Assembly: GCA_021796115.1 (NCBI GenBank)
Contig: JAJYOP010000008.1
Coordinates: forward strand, 1-58,075
Length of the DNA stretch: 58,075 nt
Origin: a bacterium
GTDB taxonomy: Bacteria; Omnitrophota; Gorgyraeia; Duberdicusellales; 4484-171
Direction: 5' to 3'
Of the stretch, positions 32,531-42,008 are shown in pieces. Under the pieces are notes generated by a model, which searched no databases, was not told where the DNA came from, and worked only from the letters and a program-made list of their open reading frames with translations. How positions within the stretch are numbered: the first letter of the stretch is position 1; each line of letters begins with the position of its first letter. The position numbers and the translations under genes are program-made.

Positions 32531-33644
32531 GGCGATAGCCTGGAAGGAATTTACCCAAATCAAGCGCGATCCGCGCAGCCTTGGGCTTGCGCTTGCCATA
32601 CCGATGTTTTTACTTTTTATTTTCGGTTACGGGCTTAGCCTTGATATTGATCATGTGCGCACCGTAGTCTGGAACCAGGACGCGCAATCAGAGCTTAGCC
32701 GCAATTTTCTGCTTAATTTTTCAAATTCAAAATATTTCAAAATAATTGGTTATGCCGATAACTATCGCGATATCGAACAGATGATTGATAGCGGCAAGGT
32801 AATGATGGCGCTGGTTATCCCGGAAGATTTTTCTCATTACCTTGAATCCGGGCAGGCTGCGCCTTTGCAATTGATCGTCGATGGCAGCGATGCAAACACC
32901 GCAACTATCGCCATGGGGTATGTAAATAGCGTCGTTGCCAATTATAATGTAAAACTTGTAAACGATACTACTCAAAACATGGGCCTTGCGCCAAACAGCA
33001 ATATCGATTCCCGTCCGCGAATCTGGTTTAATATGGGCTTAACCAGCACCTGGTTTATTGTGCCGGGAGTTATTGCGATGATTATTATGATTATCGCCGC
33101 GCTGCTTACTTCGATTTGTATCGCCAGAGAATGGGAGAGAGGCACAATGGAGCAGTTAATCTCTACGCCCGTCAAAGGCCACGAATTAATCATCGGAAAA
33201 TTTATACCTTACTTTGTGATAGGATTTTTTGACCTCACTATAGGCGTGTTAATGGCCAGATTTTTATTTCATGTTCCATTTAGGGGAAGCTATCTTTTGC
33301 TGTTATTTTTGAGCTCATTATTTCTGACCGGCGCTCTTTCCCAGGGGATATGGATTTCGGTAGTTGGAAAGACTCAGCTAATGGCAAGCCAATTAGCAAC
33401 TCTGACCACAATGCTTCCGACTGTGCTTTTGTCGGGGTTTATTTACCCGATTTTTAATATGCCCAAATTCATTCAGCCAATTACCTATCTTGTCCCGGCA
33501 CGTTATTACATCGTTGTGCTCCGGGAATTATTTTTAAAGGGCGGCACGCTTGCTACTCTTTGGGATGAGGCGCTTTTTCTTGTCTTGTTTGCCATGTTGA
33601 TGTTTTTTTTGGCGGTAAGAAAATTCAAAAAGAAAGTTATTTAG
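32502..33644 (+). CDS. ABC-2 type transporter permease (YbhS/YbhR-like)
   Basis: KEFTQIKRDPRS N-terminus, large periplasmic loop, 5 C-terminal TM helices. 29-nt overlap with the ATPase gene. Confidence 0.85.
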   Translation: MTAQSLKRIKAIAWKEFTQIKRDPRSLGLALAIPMFLLFIFGYGLSLDIDHVRTVVWNQDAQSELSRNFLLNFSNSKYFKIIGYADNYRDIEQMIDSGKVMMALVIPEDFSHYLESGQAAPLQLIVDGSDANTATIAMGYVNSVVANYNVKLVNDTTQNMGLAPNSNIDSRPRIWFNMGLTSTWFIVPGVIAMIIMIIAALLTSICIAREWERGTMEQLISTPVKGHELIIGKFIPYFVIGFFDLTIGVLMARFLFHVPFRGSYLLLLFLSSLFLTGALSQGIWISVVGKTQLMASQLATLTTMLPTVLLSGFIYPIFNMPKFIQPITYLVPARYYIVVLRELFLKGGTLATLWDEALFLVLFAMLMFFLAVRKFKKKVI

Positions 33645-33645
33645 T

Positions 33646-33704
33646 AAATAAATGTCCAATTCCTAATGACGAATGACTCATTAATTAGACATTAGGAATT
33701 AAAA
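33646..33704 (+). repeat. Family A-related hairpin, copy A5
   Basis: AAATAAATGTCCAATTCCTAATG... with an 11-bp stem AATTCCTAATG / CATTAGGAATT (33658-33700). Confidence 0.65.
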
Positions 33705-33727
33705 ACTAGTAATTTTTATAAATAAAT

Positions 33728-34855
33728 ATGTTTGAACGCTGCCAGGCAATTTTCATAAAAGAGTTTAAACAAATCTTCCGCGATCCGCGGATGAGAACAG
33801 TTATTTTTATAACCCCGCTGGTTCAGATACTTTTATTTGGCTACGCCGCAAATAAAGATATAACTTATGTCCCGACAGCTATACTTGATCGCGATAACAC
33901 TGTGGAAAGCCGCGAACTGTTGCGCCGTTTTATTTATTCCAAATATTTTGTGCCAGAACATTATATTTCCACCGAGGGAGAGCAAAACGAGCTTCTTGAT
34001 AAAGGCCAGGTCAGCGTGGTTATCCATATTGACCGCGGATTCGGCCGCAATATTGAGGCAGGAAAGGATGCTCAGATTCAACTTGCTTTTGACGGTACGG
34101 ATTCAAATACCGCGATGATTGTTATGGGTTATGCTAATACAATTGTGGGGCAATACCAGGTTGACCTGGCAAAAGAGAAAATCGCGGCAAGCGGAAAAGT
34201 AACTGCCGTGCCTAACGTAGCCTTAAAAGACCGCGCCTGGTTTAACGGCAACCTCATTTCAAGAAATTATTATCTGCCTGGAGTCATTGCCATCATCGTA
34301 ACGATGATGTCGCTTCTCTTAACCGCTATGGCGATAGTCAAAGAAAAAGAAATTGGGACCATGGAACAATTAACCGTAAGCCCGCTTCGCCCGATAGAGC
34401 TTATCGTAGGCAAACTCGTTCCTTTTGCCATTATAGCTCTTGCACAAATTATAATTATTACCATCTTCGGAGTTTTGTGGTTCCATATACCGCTAAGAGG
34501 CAATATTTTTTTATTAATGTTTTCTACCTGCATATATTTATTTACTACCTTAGGCATCGGGTTATTTATCTCAACTATTTCCAGCACCCAGCAGGAAGCC
34601 ATGATGTCGGTTTTTCTTTTTTACATGCCTACTGTGCTTTTGTCAGGTTTTGCCTATCCGATAGCTAACATGCCAAAGTTCATCCAGATATTTACCTTTG
34701 CCAATCCCTTACGCTATTTTATGGTCGTAATCCGCAGTATTTTCTTAAAAGGTGTAGGCATAGAGATACTTTGGACGCAACTCCTGCCGCTTTTTGCGAT
34801 GGGGCTTCTGGTTATTTCTTTCAGTGCTTTCAAATTTCGTAAGAGTTTAAGCTAA
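33728..34855 (+). CDS. ABC-2 type transporter permease (second paralog)
   Basis: KEFKQIFRDPRM N-terminus. Same architecture as 32502-33644. Confidence 0.85.
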   Translation: MFERCQAIFIKEFKQIFRDPRMRTVIFITPLVQILLFGYAANKDITYVPTAILDRDNTVESRELLRRFIYSKYFVPEHYISTEGEQNELLDKGQVSVVIHIDRGFGRNIEAGKDAQIQLAFDGTDSNTAMIVMGYANTIVGQYQVDLAKEKIAASGKVTAVPNVALKDRAWFNGNLISRNYYLPGVIAIIVTMMSLLLTAMAIVKEKEIGTMEQLTVSPLRPIELIVGKLVPFAIIALAQIIIITIFGVLWFHIPLRGNIFLLMFSTCIYLFTTLGIGLFISTISSTQQEAMMSVFLFYMPTVLLSGFAYPIANMPKFIQIFTFANPLRYFMVVIRSIFLKGVGIEILWTQLLPLFAMGLLVISFSAFKFRKSLS

Positions 34856-34876
34856 TCACGAATCCAGCCAAAAAAA

Positions 34877-34904
34877 TTGTCTTTTTGCCGGACAGCGTTA
34901 TAAT
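34877..34904 (+). promoter_or_regulatory. Promoter TTGTCT-16-TATAAT, 10 nt before ATG 34915
   Basis: -35 at 34877-34882 and -10 at 34899-34904. No SD. Confidence 0.45.
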
Positions 34905-34914
34905 ATAAAACCAT

Positions 34915-35205
34915 ATGATAAGAAGAAGGTCTAAAATCATTACTGTCCCGTTCGTATTTTTTACCGCGGGTTATCTTTGCGCTTTTTCGCAAAATAACGC
35001 AGTAAATTCAGGTGCAGCTTCAACATATTCAGAAGATTTGTTGAACCAGTCCATAGAGGCGGCATACCCCCAGGATTATTATTCCACGGTTTTTACTCCT
35101 ATTGAGCTTCTCTTGGAATATCGTGGCAATAATTTCATAATTGTCGATGCCAAGCAAGGCCAAATTGTCATGGAGCGCGGCTGGCCCAACCAAGAACAGC
35201 AGTGA
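34915..35205 (+). CDS. 96-aa hypothetical protein with a signal-like N-terminus
   Basis: Basic N-terminus plus a hydrophobic segment. GTGA overlap with the next gene. Confidence 0.4.
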   Translation: MIRRRSKIITVPFVFFTAGYLCAFSQNNAVNSGAASTYSEDLLNQSIEAAYPQDYYSTVFTPIELLLEYRGNNFIIVDAKQGQIVMERGWPNQEQQ

Positions 35206-35816
35206 AAAAACCTTTATTTTTCAATTCAATAACTATTAACTTACCTAAAACAAGGATTTATAAGCGCTTGGGATATAGAAACGGTTTTACCAAAGTTTCT
35301 AAAAAAAAGCAGAGAGAAATCGATAAATACATTTGTGATGCTTTATTTTTTGTTGAACTTAAAGCAGCGGCAATCATAACTAAAATTTCTAAAGGCGCAA
35401 AGGGTATAAGTATGGGAGGGGAAGTTTTTTCAAGCAATTTGCTTTCTTCTTTGCTTAAAAATAGCAATGAGGCTCTAATTTGTGCGGCTACTGCCGGGAA
35501 CAAAATCATGGATGAGATAAAAGAGTGCGAACAATTGGATTTAACGCGTGCGGTAATCTTTGACGCTGTAGCAAGTGAGATGGCAGACAGTGTTTTTGAT
35601 TGGATTACGGATTATTTCAACCGCGATTTGTTAAAAAAACGGCAATGCCTGACAAAAAAAAGAATTTCTTGCGGTTATTATGATTTTTCCATCAAAGATC
35701 AAAAGAAAATTTATGATTTGCTTAAGCTTAAAAAAATAGGAATTAACATAACTAAAAGTTACATGCTTTTACCGGAGAAATCAGCGACAGCGGTTTTAGG
35801 GGTGATTGATTTATGA
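35202..35816 (+). CDS. Stand-alone methionine synthase activation (AdoMet-binding) domain protein
   Basis: RLGY..., RISCGYYDFSIKDQKKIYDLL...LLPEKSATAVLGV resembles the MetH reactivation module. Overlaps metH by 4 nt. Confidence 0.65.
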   Translation: MKKPLFFNSITINLPKTRIYKRLGYRNGFTKVSKKKQREIDKYICDALFFVELKAAAIITKISKGAKGISMGGEVFSSNLLSSLLKNSNEALICAATAGNKIMDEIKECEQLDLTRAVIFDAVASEMADSVFDWITDYFNRDLLKKRQCLTKKRISCGYYDFSIKDQKKIYDLLKLKKIGINITKSYMLLPEKSATAVLGVIDL

Positions 35817-38212
35817 AGTCGAAAGAACAAATAAATTATCTTTTAAGGAAACGAGTGGTGCTGCTAGATGGGGCAATGGGCACAGAGCTGCAAAAATCAT
35901 GCATGCCGCAAGGAACTTGCCCTGAAACCTGGGCCTTGAACAATCCAAAAATTTTAAAGCAAATCCATAATGAATATAAAAATGCCGGCTCGGATATCAT
36001 TTACACCGCAACTTTCGGTGCAAACCGGTTGAAACTTAAAGAGCATAAGGTAAATAATGTAAGAGAGATAAACAAAAATTTATGCCTCATAGCCAAGGAA
36101 ACTGCAGGCAGAGAGTGCCTGGTTGCCGGAGATATCGGGCCGCTTGGGCAATTTATCAAGCCTTTTGGCGAGCTCGATTTTGAAGAGGCAGTAAATATTT
36201 TTAAAGAGCAGGCAAGCGGTCTTATTGCAGGCGGAGTTGATTTATTTGTTATCGAAACCATGATTGATATTCAGGAGGCGCGGGCTGCGCTTATCGCCGT
36301 CAAAGAACTTTGTGCTCAATTTACAATTGTGACCATGACTTTTGAATTAACCGGCCGCGCCTTAAACGGGACGACTCCGCTCGCGGCATTAATTACTTTA
36401 CAAAGCCTGGGCGCAGATGCAGTTGGAGCTAATTGTTCAACCGGGCCGGAGGAAATGCTTAAATTTATTAAAGACATGAAACAGTTTTCCTGCATTCCGC
36501 TAGCAGCAAAACCTAATGCCGGCCTGCCAAGACTTGTTAACGGCAAGGCAGTTTTCGCTATGTCAGCAAAAGAATTCGGCTTGGCCTCCAGAAAGTTTGC
36601 TTCCTCTGGCGCAAATTTCTTTGGCGGATGCTGCGGGACAACTCCGGAATATATCGCCGAAGTAAAAAAATCCCTAGCCAATAAAAAACCAATTTTGCCG
36701 CGACATGAATCAATTAGCGCGCTTAGCTCTTCACGGGAAGGTTTAATTCTTGAAAAAAGAAAAGGCATAATAATCGTTGGCGAAAGTATTAATCCTACCG
36801 GGAAAACAATGCTTCAAGCTGAATTAAAAGAGAAAAAAATGACTCTTGTGCGCCAGTTAGCTAAAGAACAAGAAGGTGCCGGCGCGTCTTTGCTGGATGT
36901 AAACGTGGGCGTACCTTCAATCGATGAAGAAAGTACGATGCTTGAAGCAATATCAGTTTTATCACGGATAACGAATTTAAGTTTAGTCATTGATTCATCG
37001 GATATAAAAGTAATAGAAAGCGCTTTGAGATTTTATCCCGGAAGAGCGCTCATAAATTCCATATCCGCAGAAAAAGAGAAAATGGGTAAATTGCTCAAAA
37101 TAGCTAAAAAATACGGAGCAATGTTTATCGCTTTGCCGGTATCCGGAAAGGTTATCCCGGTCAATTTCAATGTTAAAACAAAAATTATCAAAGACATCTT
37201 TAAGGCCGCGAAAAAAAACGGACTCTCTAAAGACGATATGATTGTTGATGCGCTGATTATGACTATTTCCTGCAATAAAAATGCCGGCAATGATGCCTTT
37301 AGAGCAATTTCCTGGTGCAGTAAGGTATTAAAGTGCAATACCATTATAGGTTTGTCGAATATTTCTTTTGGCCTTCCCGGAAGAAAAATCATCAACCAGA
37401 CTTTTCTTAATCTGGCAAAAGCTAAAGGTTTAAATTTTGCCATTGCTAACCCTGCACAAAAGAGGGCAGGCATAAATAAAATGGCAAGGGATTTACTGTT
37501 GAACCGGCCAGGAGCATTAGAAAAATTTATCGCGCATTATTCACAGCAGCCTTCGCTAAAAAAAGAAAAAAAATCCCAGGAATTTACGCTGGCTGAACAG
37601 GTTTCCAAGGCAATTATCGAAGGCAATAGAGAAGACATAGGTGGTTTAACGGATAAATTATTGGGAGAAGGCAGGGATCCTCTGTACATCATCCAGGAAA
37701 TTATGGTACCGGCGATAGTAAAAGTAGGTAAATTGTTTGAGCGCAAAGAATATTTCCTGCCCCAACTTATTTCAAGCGCTGAAGCCATGAAAAAAGGTAC
37801 CGCAGTACTCTCGCCATACATTAAAAACAAATCAATTGACGGAAAAAATGCAATTATCCTGCTTGCTACCGTTGAGGGTGACATTCATGATATTGGGAAA
37901 AATATTGTTTCACTATTGCTTTCTAACCACGGCTTTAAGATTGTGGATTTAGGCAAAGATGTTTCGACAGAAAACATTATCAAGGCGATAAAGGTTCATA
38001 AACCGGATATCGTAGGCTTGTCCGCACTTATGACAACTACCATGGTTAATATGCAAAAAGTGATTGAGGCAGCAAAAAAAGAAAAGCTTGATTGTAAATT
38101 CATGATTGGTGGAGCCGTGGTTACGGAAAGCTACGCCAAGGCCATCGCTGCTGCTTACGCTAAAGATGGTGTTGCCGCAGTTTCCGTAGCCAAGGATTTG
38201 ACATCTAAATGA
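35813..38212 (+). CDS. metH: Cobalamin-dependent methionine synthase lacking the activation domain
   Basis: Hcy-binding domain (GGCCGTTPE), pterin-binding domain, B12 cap and DIHDIGKNIV (DxHxxG) motif. 799 aa. Confidence 0.9.
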   Translation: MKSKEQINYLLRKRVVLLDGAMGTELQKSCMPQGTCPETWALNNPKILKQIHNEYKNAGSDIIYTATFGANRLKLKEHKVNNVREINKNLCLIAKETAGRECLVAGDIGPLGQFIKPFGELDFEEAVNIFKEQASGLIAGGVDLFVIETMIDIQEARAALIAVKELCAQFTIVTMTFELTGRALNGTTPLAALITLQSLGADAVGANCSTGPEEMLKFIKDMKQFSCIPLAAKPNAGLPRLVNGKAVFAMSAKEFGLASRKFASSGANFFGGCCGTTPEYIAEVKKSLANKKPILPRHESISALSSSREGLILEKRKGIIIVGESINPTGKTMLQAELKEKKMTLVRQLAKEQEGAGASLLDVNVGVPSIDEESTMLEAISVLSRITNLSLVIDSSDIKVIESALRFYPGRALINSISAEKEKMGKLLKIAKKYGAMFIALPVSGKVIPVNFNVKTKIIKDIFKAAKKNGLSKDDMIVDALIMTISCNKNAGNDAFRAISWCSKVLKCNTIIGLSNISFGLPGRKIINQTFLNLAKAKGLNFAIANPAQKRAGINKMARDLLLNRPGALEKFIAHYSQQPSLKKEKKSQEFTLAEQVSKAIIEGNREDIGGLTDKLLGEGRDPLYIIQEIMVPAIVKVGKLFERKEYFLPQLISSAEAMKKGTAVLSPYIKNKSIDGKNAIILLATVEGDIHDIGKNIVSLLLSNHGFKIVDLGKDVSTENIIKAIKVHKPDIVGLSALMTTTMVNMQKVIEAAKKEKLDCKFMIGGAVVTESYAKAIAAAYAKDGVAAVSVAKDLTSK

Positions 38213-38907
38213 GTTTGGCTAGAATAAAGAAAAAATTACGAACGCACGCCAGTAAAGAAAAGGCTAAAATTTTACAAGGATTTTTTAAAACTGCACCCGG
38301 CGAATACGGCTACGGCGATATTTTTATCGGCGTAACCGTTCCGAATATAAGAAAAATAGTCAAAGAGCATAAAGCTGTCAATTTTACCGATACCCTTAAC
38401 CTGTTAAAATCACCCATCCACGAAGAAAGGCTCGCTGCCTTGCTTATTTTAGTTTCCAGATTTAAAGAAGGCTCCAGCGAAGATAAAAAACGTATTTATG
38501 CCTTCTATCTTAAAAATACAAAATACATCAATAACTGGGATTTAGTTGATTTAACTGCGCCACATATCGTTGGAGGCTTTTTGGCAAACGGCAGCAAGAA
38601 AAAGCTTTACGAGCTTGCTCAATCGAAGTATTTATGGGAGAGGAGGATTGCGATACTTGCGACTTTTTATTTTATCCGAGATAATTCTTTTGACGATATT
38701 TTAAAAATTGCTAAAATTCTTTTAAGCGACAAAGAGGATTTGATTCATAAAGCAACCGGTTGGATGTTAAGGGAAGCTGCCAAACGTGATAAAGAGTTGG
38801 TTTGTGATTTTCTTTCGGCGCATCTTAAATCTTTTCCACGGACTGCATTAAGATATGCGATAGAAAGATTCCCGGAGAAAGAAAGAAAAAAATATCTTGT
38901 GAGGTGA
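38209..38907 (+). CDS. DNA alkylation repair protein (AlkD-like HEAT-repeat family)
   Basis: Family pattern FFKTAPGEYGYGDIFIGV..P..R...NNWDLVD...WMLRE. ATGA overlap with metH. Confidence 0.75.
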   Translation: MSLARIKKKLRTHASKEKAKILQGFFKTAPGEYGYGDIFIGVTVPNIRKIVKEHKAVNFTDTLNLLKSPIHEERLAALLILVSRFKEGSSEDKKRIYAFYLKNTKYINNWDLVDLTAPHIVGGFLANGSKKKLYELAQSKYLWERRIAILATFYFIRDNSFDDILKIAKILLSDKEDLIHKATGWMLREAAKRDKELVCDFLSAHLKSFPRTALRYAIERFPEKERKKYLVR

Positions 38908-38910
38908 AAC

Positions 38911-39393
38911 ATGGCAAATAAAAAAATAATCGTTTATTATTCATTTGATGGAAACACAAAATTTGTAGCAGAAAACATTGCTAGAATTATTAATGCTGAC
39001 TTATTAGAATTAAAACCTGTGCGAGATGAGATACCAAGGAATTTTATGAAATATTTCTGGGGCGGCCGGCAGGTTTTTATGAAACGTAAACCAATTCTTT
39101 TGCCGCTTACCTTAGATCCTCAAGATTACGACGCGGTATTTATTGCCACGCCGGTCTGGGCTTTTAATTACACTCCGCCGATTGCTTCTTTTTTCGAAGC
39201 AGTAAAATTAGAAAAGAAAAGAATCGGTTTAATCTGCTGTTCCGGCGGCATGAAGGGCAAAACTTTTGAAAACATGAAAGAGAAACTATCCGGTAATGAG
39301 ATTATTGGAGAATTACACCTCAAGGAACCCTTACGCAGCAAAGAAAAAAGTCTTGAAAAAATAGAGAGTTGGTTGAAAGCGATTGAGATTTAG
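38911..39393 (+). CDS. Flavodoxin-like protein
   Basis: IIVYYSFDGNTKFVAE N-terminus and GTPVW-like segment. Confidence 0.65.
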   Translation: MANKKIIVYYSFDGNTKFVAENIARIINADLLELKPVRDEIPRNFMKYFWGGRQVFMKRKPILLPLTLDPQDYDAVFIATPVWAFNYTPPIASFFEAVKLEKKRIGLICCSGGMKGKTFENMKEKLSGNEIIGELHLKEPLRSKEKSLEKIESWLKAIEI

Positions 39394-39419
39394 GTAATTT
39401 ATGGTATACTTTTAACATT

Positions 39420-39869
39420 ATGCTAGAAGATAAACTTTATAAAGATTATGTTGAAGCGATGAAGGCGAAAAACCGCGAAAAAAGCGATTTTTTAAGCTTT
39501 GTCCGCGCGGAGCTGAAAAACACCGCGATAAATCTGAAAAAAGATAAACTCGAAGATGCGGAAGTTTTAGGTGTCTTAAAAAAACAGAAGAAGCAGCTCG
39601 AAGAAGCCAAAGAAACTATTAAAGATGGACAAAGAGAAGAGGCCCGTCAGGCCTTAGTAAAAGAAATTGCCATACTTGAAGAATACCTGCCAAAACAGCT
39701 CTCCGATAGCGAATTAACAGCAGTCATCGAACAAGTTATCAAAGATACCTCCGCCGCATCAATGAAGGATATGGGTAAAGTTATGAAAGAAGTTGTGGCT
39801 AAGGTTGGAGCGGCTGCTGATTCGAAGAAAATAAGTGATATCGTAAAGACGAAACTTGCACCGAAATAA
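39420..39869 (+). CDS. GatB/YqeY domain protein
   Basis: L..D...AMKA......L..VRAE.KN pattern and EEYLP. TGGTATACT box ends 9 nt upstream, with no SD. Confidence 0.85.
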   Translation: MLEDKLYKDYVEAMKAKNREKSDFLSFVRAELKNTAINLKKDKLEDAEVLGVLKKQKKQLEEAKETIKDGQREEARQALVKEIAILEEYLPKQLSDSELTAVIEQVIKDTSAASMKDMGKVMKEVVAKVGAAADSKKISDIVKTKLAPK

Positions 39870-39898
39870 GTTTCTTACCGTAACTCTAAAATCACCAA

Positions 39899-40381
39899 AT
39901 GAAAAAAATGTCAAAGCACGAAAAGTATATGCGTCTGGCTATTGATGAGGCCAGAAAAAATCTCAATAAGATGGAAGGCGGCCCTTTTGGCGCCTGTATC
40001 GTAAAAGGCAACAAAGTTATTGCTGTCGCGCGTAACACGGTTTTAAAAAATGATGCCTCATGTCACGCTGAAGTTAATGCTATTCGCCTTGCTTCCAAAA
40101 AACTTAAAACTTACGATTTATCAGGATGTATAATTTATTCAACTACCGAGCCCTGCCCGATGTGCTTTAGCGCCATACATTGGGCTAAGATTAATACAAT
40201 AATTTATGGCAATAATATCGTTGACGCAAAAAGAATAGGCTTTAACGAACTTTCTATTTCGTGTCATTCGATGAAAAAACTCGGCAAGGCAAAAGTAAAA
40301 GTTATTAAAGGTTTAATGCGCAAAGAATGCAACCAATTATTTGGTTGTTGGAATAAACTTCAAGACAAAATTTTATACTAG
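39899..40381 (+). CDS. CDA-fold nucleoside/guanine deaminase (GuaD-like)
   Basis: GGPFGACIVK, CHAEVNAI and PCPMCFSAI zinc motifs. Confidence 0.75.
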   Translation: MKKMSKHEKYMRLAIDEARKNLNKMEGGPFGACIVKGNKVIAVARNTVLKNDASCHAEVNAIRLASKKLKTYDLSGCIIYSTTEPCPMCFSAIHWAKINTIIYGNNIVDAKRIGFNELSISCHSMKKLGKAKVKVIKGLMRKECNQLFGCWNKLQDKILY

Positions 40382-40468
40382 TACAAATCCTGCCAAAAAT
40401 ATCAATTAAAAAGATAATTTTATACTGTTGGTGGCTAATAAACAGTTACTTTTAGCCCTTGAATTAGT

Positions 40469-40497
40469 TTGACATATATAGGTATATTATATATAAT
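40469..40497 (+). promoter_or_regulatory. Consensus promoter TTGACA-17-TATAAT ending 8 nt before the lysS ATG (leaderless candidate)
   Basis: -35 at 40469-40474 and -10 at 40492-40497. ATG at 40506. No SD. Confidence 0.65.
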
Positions 40498-40505
40498 CTA
40501 GCAAT

Positions 40506-41969
40506 ATGAGTCGCGAAAAATTAGACAAAATCAGGGCAAATTTCGGTAATCCTTTTGCTGAGACAACTTTTGACAAACCCTCTACAATCAAGGAAATCCT
40601 TGATTCTTTTGAGGAAAACAAGGTAGTTAGTGTTGCTGGAAGGCTGGTTACCAAAAGGGAGCACGGAAAATCAAGCTTTGCTAATCTTGCAGATTATACC
40701 GGAAAAATCCAGGTTTATGCCCGACTGGATATCCTGGGAAAAAATTACGAGCTTTTTAAGGACCTGGACATCGGCGATATCATTGGCGTTAAAGGTAAGC
40801 TGTTTAAAACTCACACCGGAGAACTGACTATACTTGTAGATGAACTTAAATTACTTTCCAAAATAATTTTACCTTTGCCAGAAAAGTGGCACGGGCTGCG
40901 TGACGTCGAAGTGCGCTACCGCCAACGCTATCTTGATTTGATTGCCAACCCGGAAGTCAAAGAAATATTCTTAAAACGTTCGTGTATAATTTCGCACATC
41001 AGGGATTTTTTTAATAATCTTAACTTTATGGAAGTGGAAACGCCAATGTTGCACACAATTGCTGGTGGTGCTGCCGGAAGGCCGTTTGTTACGCATCACA
41101 ATGCTTTAGACTTTGATGTTTATTTGAGAATTGCTCCGGAACTTTATTTGAAACGTTTATTGGTCGGAGGTTTTGACCGGGTTTATGAAATCAACCGCAG
41201 TTTTCGTAACGAAGGAGTTTCTACGAGGCACTCCCCGGAATTTACCATGCTTGAAGCCTACTGCTGTTATTATAATTATGATTACATGATGAAGGTTTGT
41301 GAAGATTTATTTTGTTCTCTGGCAAAAGAGATAAATGGGAGTTTGATTCTTAAATATCAGGACGGAGAAGTAGATTTAACTCCGCCGTGGCAGAGAATTT
41401 CTTTTGCCCAAGTGTTTAAGGATGAATTTGGAATTTTACCAGAAGACAACCAGGATGTATTTTTGCAAAAAATTACCGCAAAGCTCAATCTTGGCGGCAA
41501 GGGCTTAAGCCGCAGCCAGATTTTAAATATTACCGAAGAGCTGGTTGAGAAGAAATTTCCCAAAAATAAACCGGCTTTTATCGTTGATTTTTTTACCTGG
41601 AACTCACCACTGGCGAAAAAGAAAAAAGACAATCCTTCTTTGGTTGAGCGTTTCGAACTTTTTATCGCCGGCCTTGAAGTGGCAAATGCCTATTCGGAAT
41701 TAAATGATCCTATCGAACAAAGAGAACGTTTTGAAGCGCAGATGAAAGTGGAAGAGGAGCTTCCTAAAAAAATCGACAATGATTTTGTTACCGCTCTTTC
41801 CTACGCTATGCCACCGGCTACAGGTTTAGGCATAGGGATAGACAGGCTGGTTATGCTGCTTCTTAATCAGCCTTCGATACGCGACGTAATTCTTTTTCCG
41901 CTACTTAAGCCTCTTGAGACTACTGATGGAGAACAAGCTGTAGGGGATAAAGAGGAAAAAGCAGAATAG
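40506..41969 (+). CDS. lysS: Lysine--tRNA ligase (class II)
   Basis: OB-fold N-domain and class II motifs (FRNEG, GIGIDRLVMLL). Confidence 0.95.
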   Translation: MSREKLDKIRANFGNPFAETTFDKPSTIKEILDSFEENKVVSVAGRLVTKREHGKSSFANLADYTGKIQVYARLDILGKNYELFKDLDIGDIIGVKGKLFKTHTGELTILVDELKLLSKIILPLPEKWHGLRDVEVRYRQRYLDLIANPEVKEIFLKRSCIISHIRDFFNNLNFMEVETPMLHTIAGGAAGRPFVTHHNALDFDVYLRIAPELYLKRLLVGGFDRVYEINRSFRNEGVSTRHSPEFTMLEAYCCYYNYDYMMKVCEDLFCSLAKEINGSLILKYQDGEVDLTPPWQRISFAQVFKDEFGILPEDNQDVFLQKITAKLNLGGKGLSRSQILNITEELVEKKFPKNKPAFIVDFFTWNSPLAKKKKDNPSLVERFELFIAGLEVANAYSELNDPIEQRERFEAQMKVEEELPKKIDNDFVTALSYAMPPATGLGIGIDRLVMLLLNQPSIRDVILFPLLKPLETTDGEQAVGDKEEKAE

Positions 41970-42008
41970 CTTTTCCTTAAACTTTTCCCTGCACTTGGAA
42001 AATAAAAC

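Noticed and set aside
32072-32599. 175-aa minus-strand ORF, plus many other 60-150-aa antisense ORFs in the track (for example 2133-2462, 4867-5277, 36316-36768, 37033-37473, 47327-47692, 48246-48617, 54122-54469).
   Set aside because: All lie entirely inside well-supported + strand genes with clear family motifs. They have no SD or promoter context and show the low-complexity composition typical of shadow ORFs.
40382-40505. T-box leaders upstream of lysS and cysS.
   Set aside because: The promoter sits directly against the lysS ATG, and the cysS ATG is 10 nt from repeat C3. There is no room for a T-box of about 200 nt, and no specifier or T-box sequence is seen.
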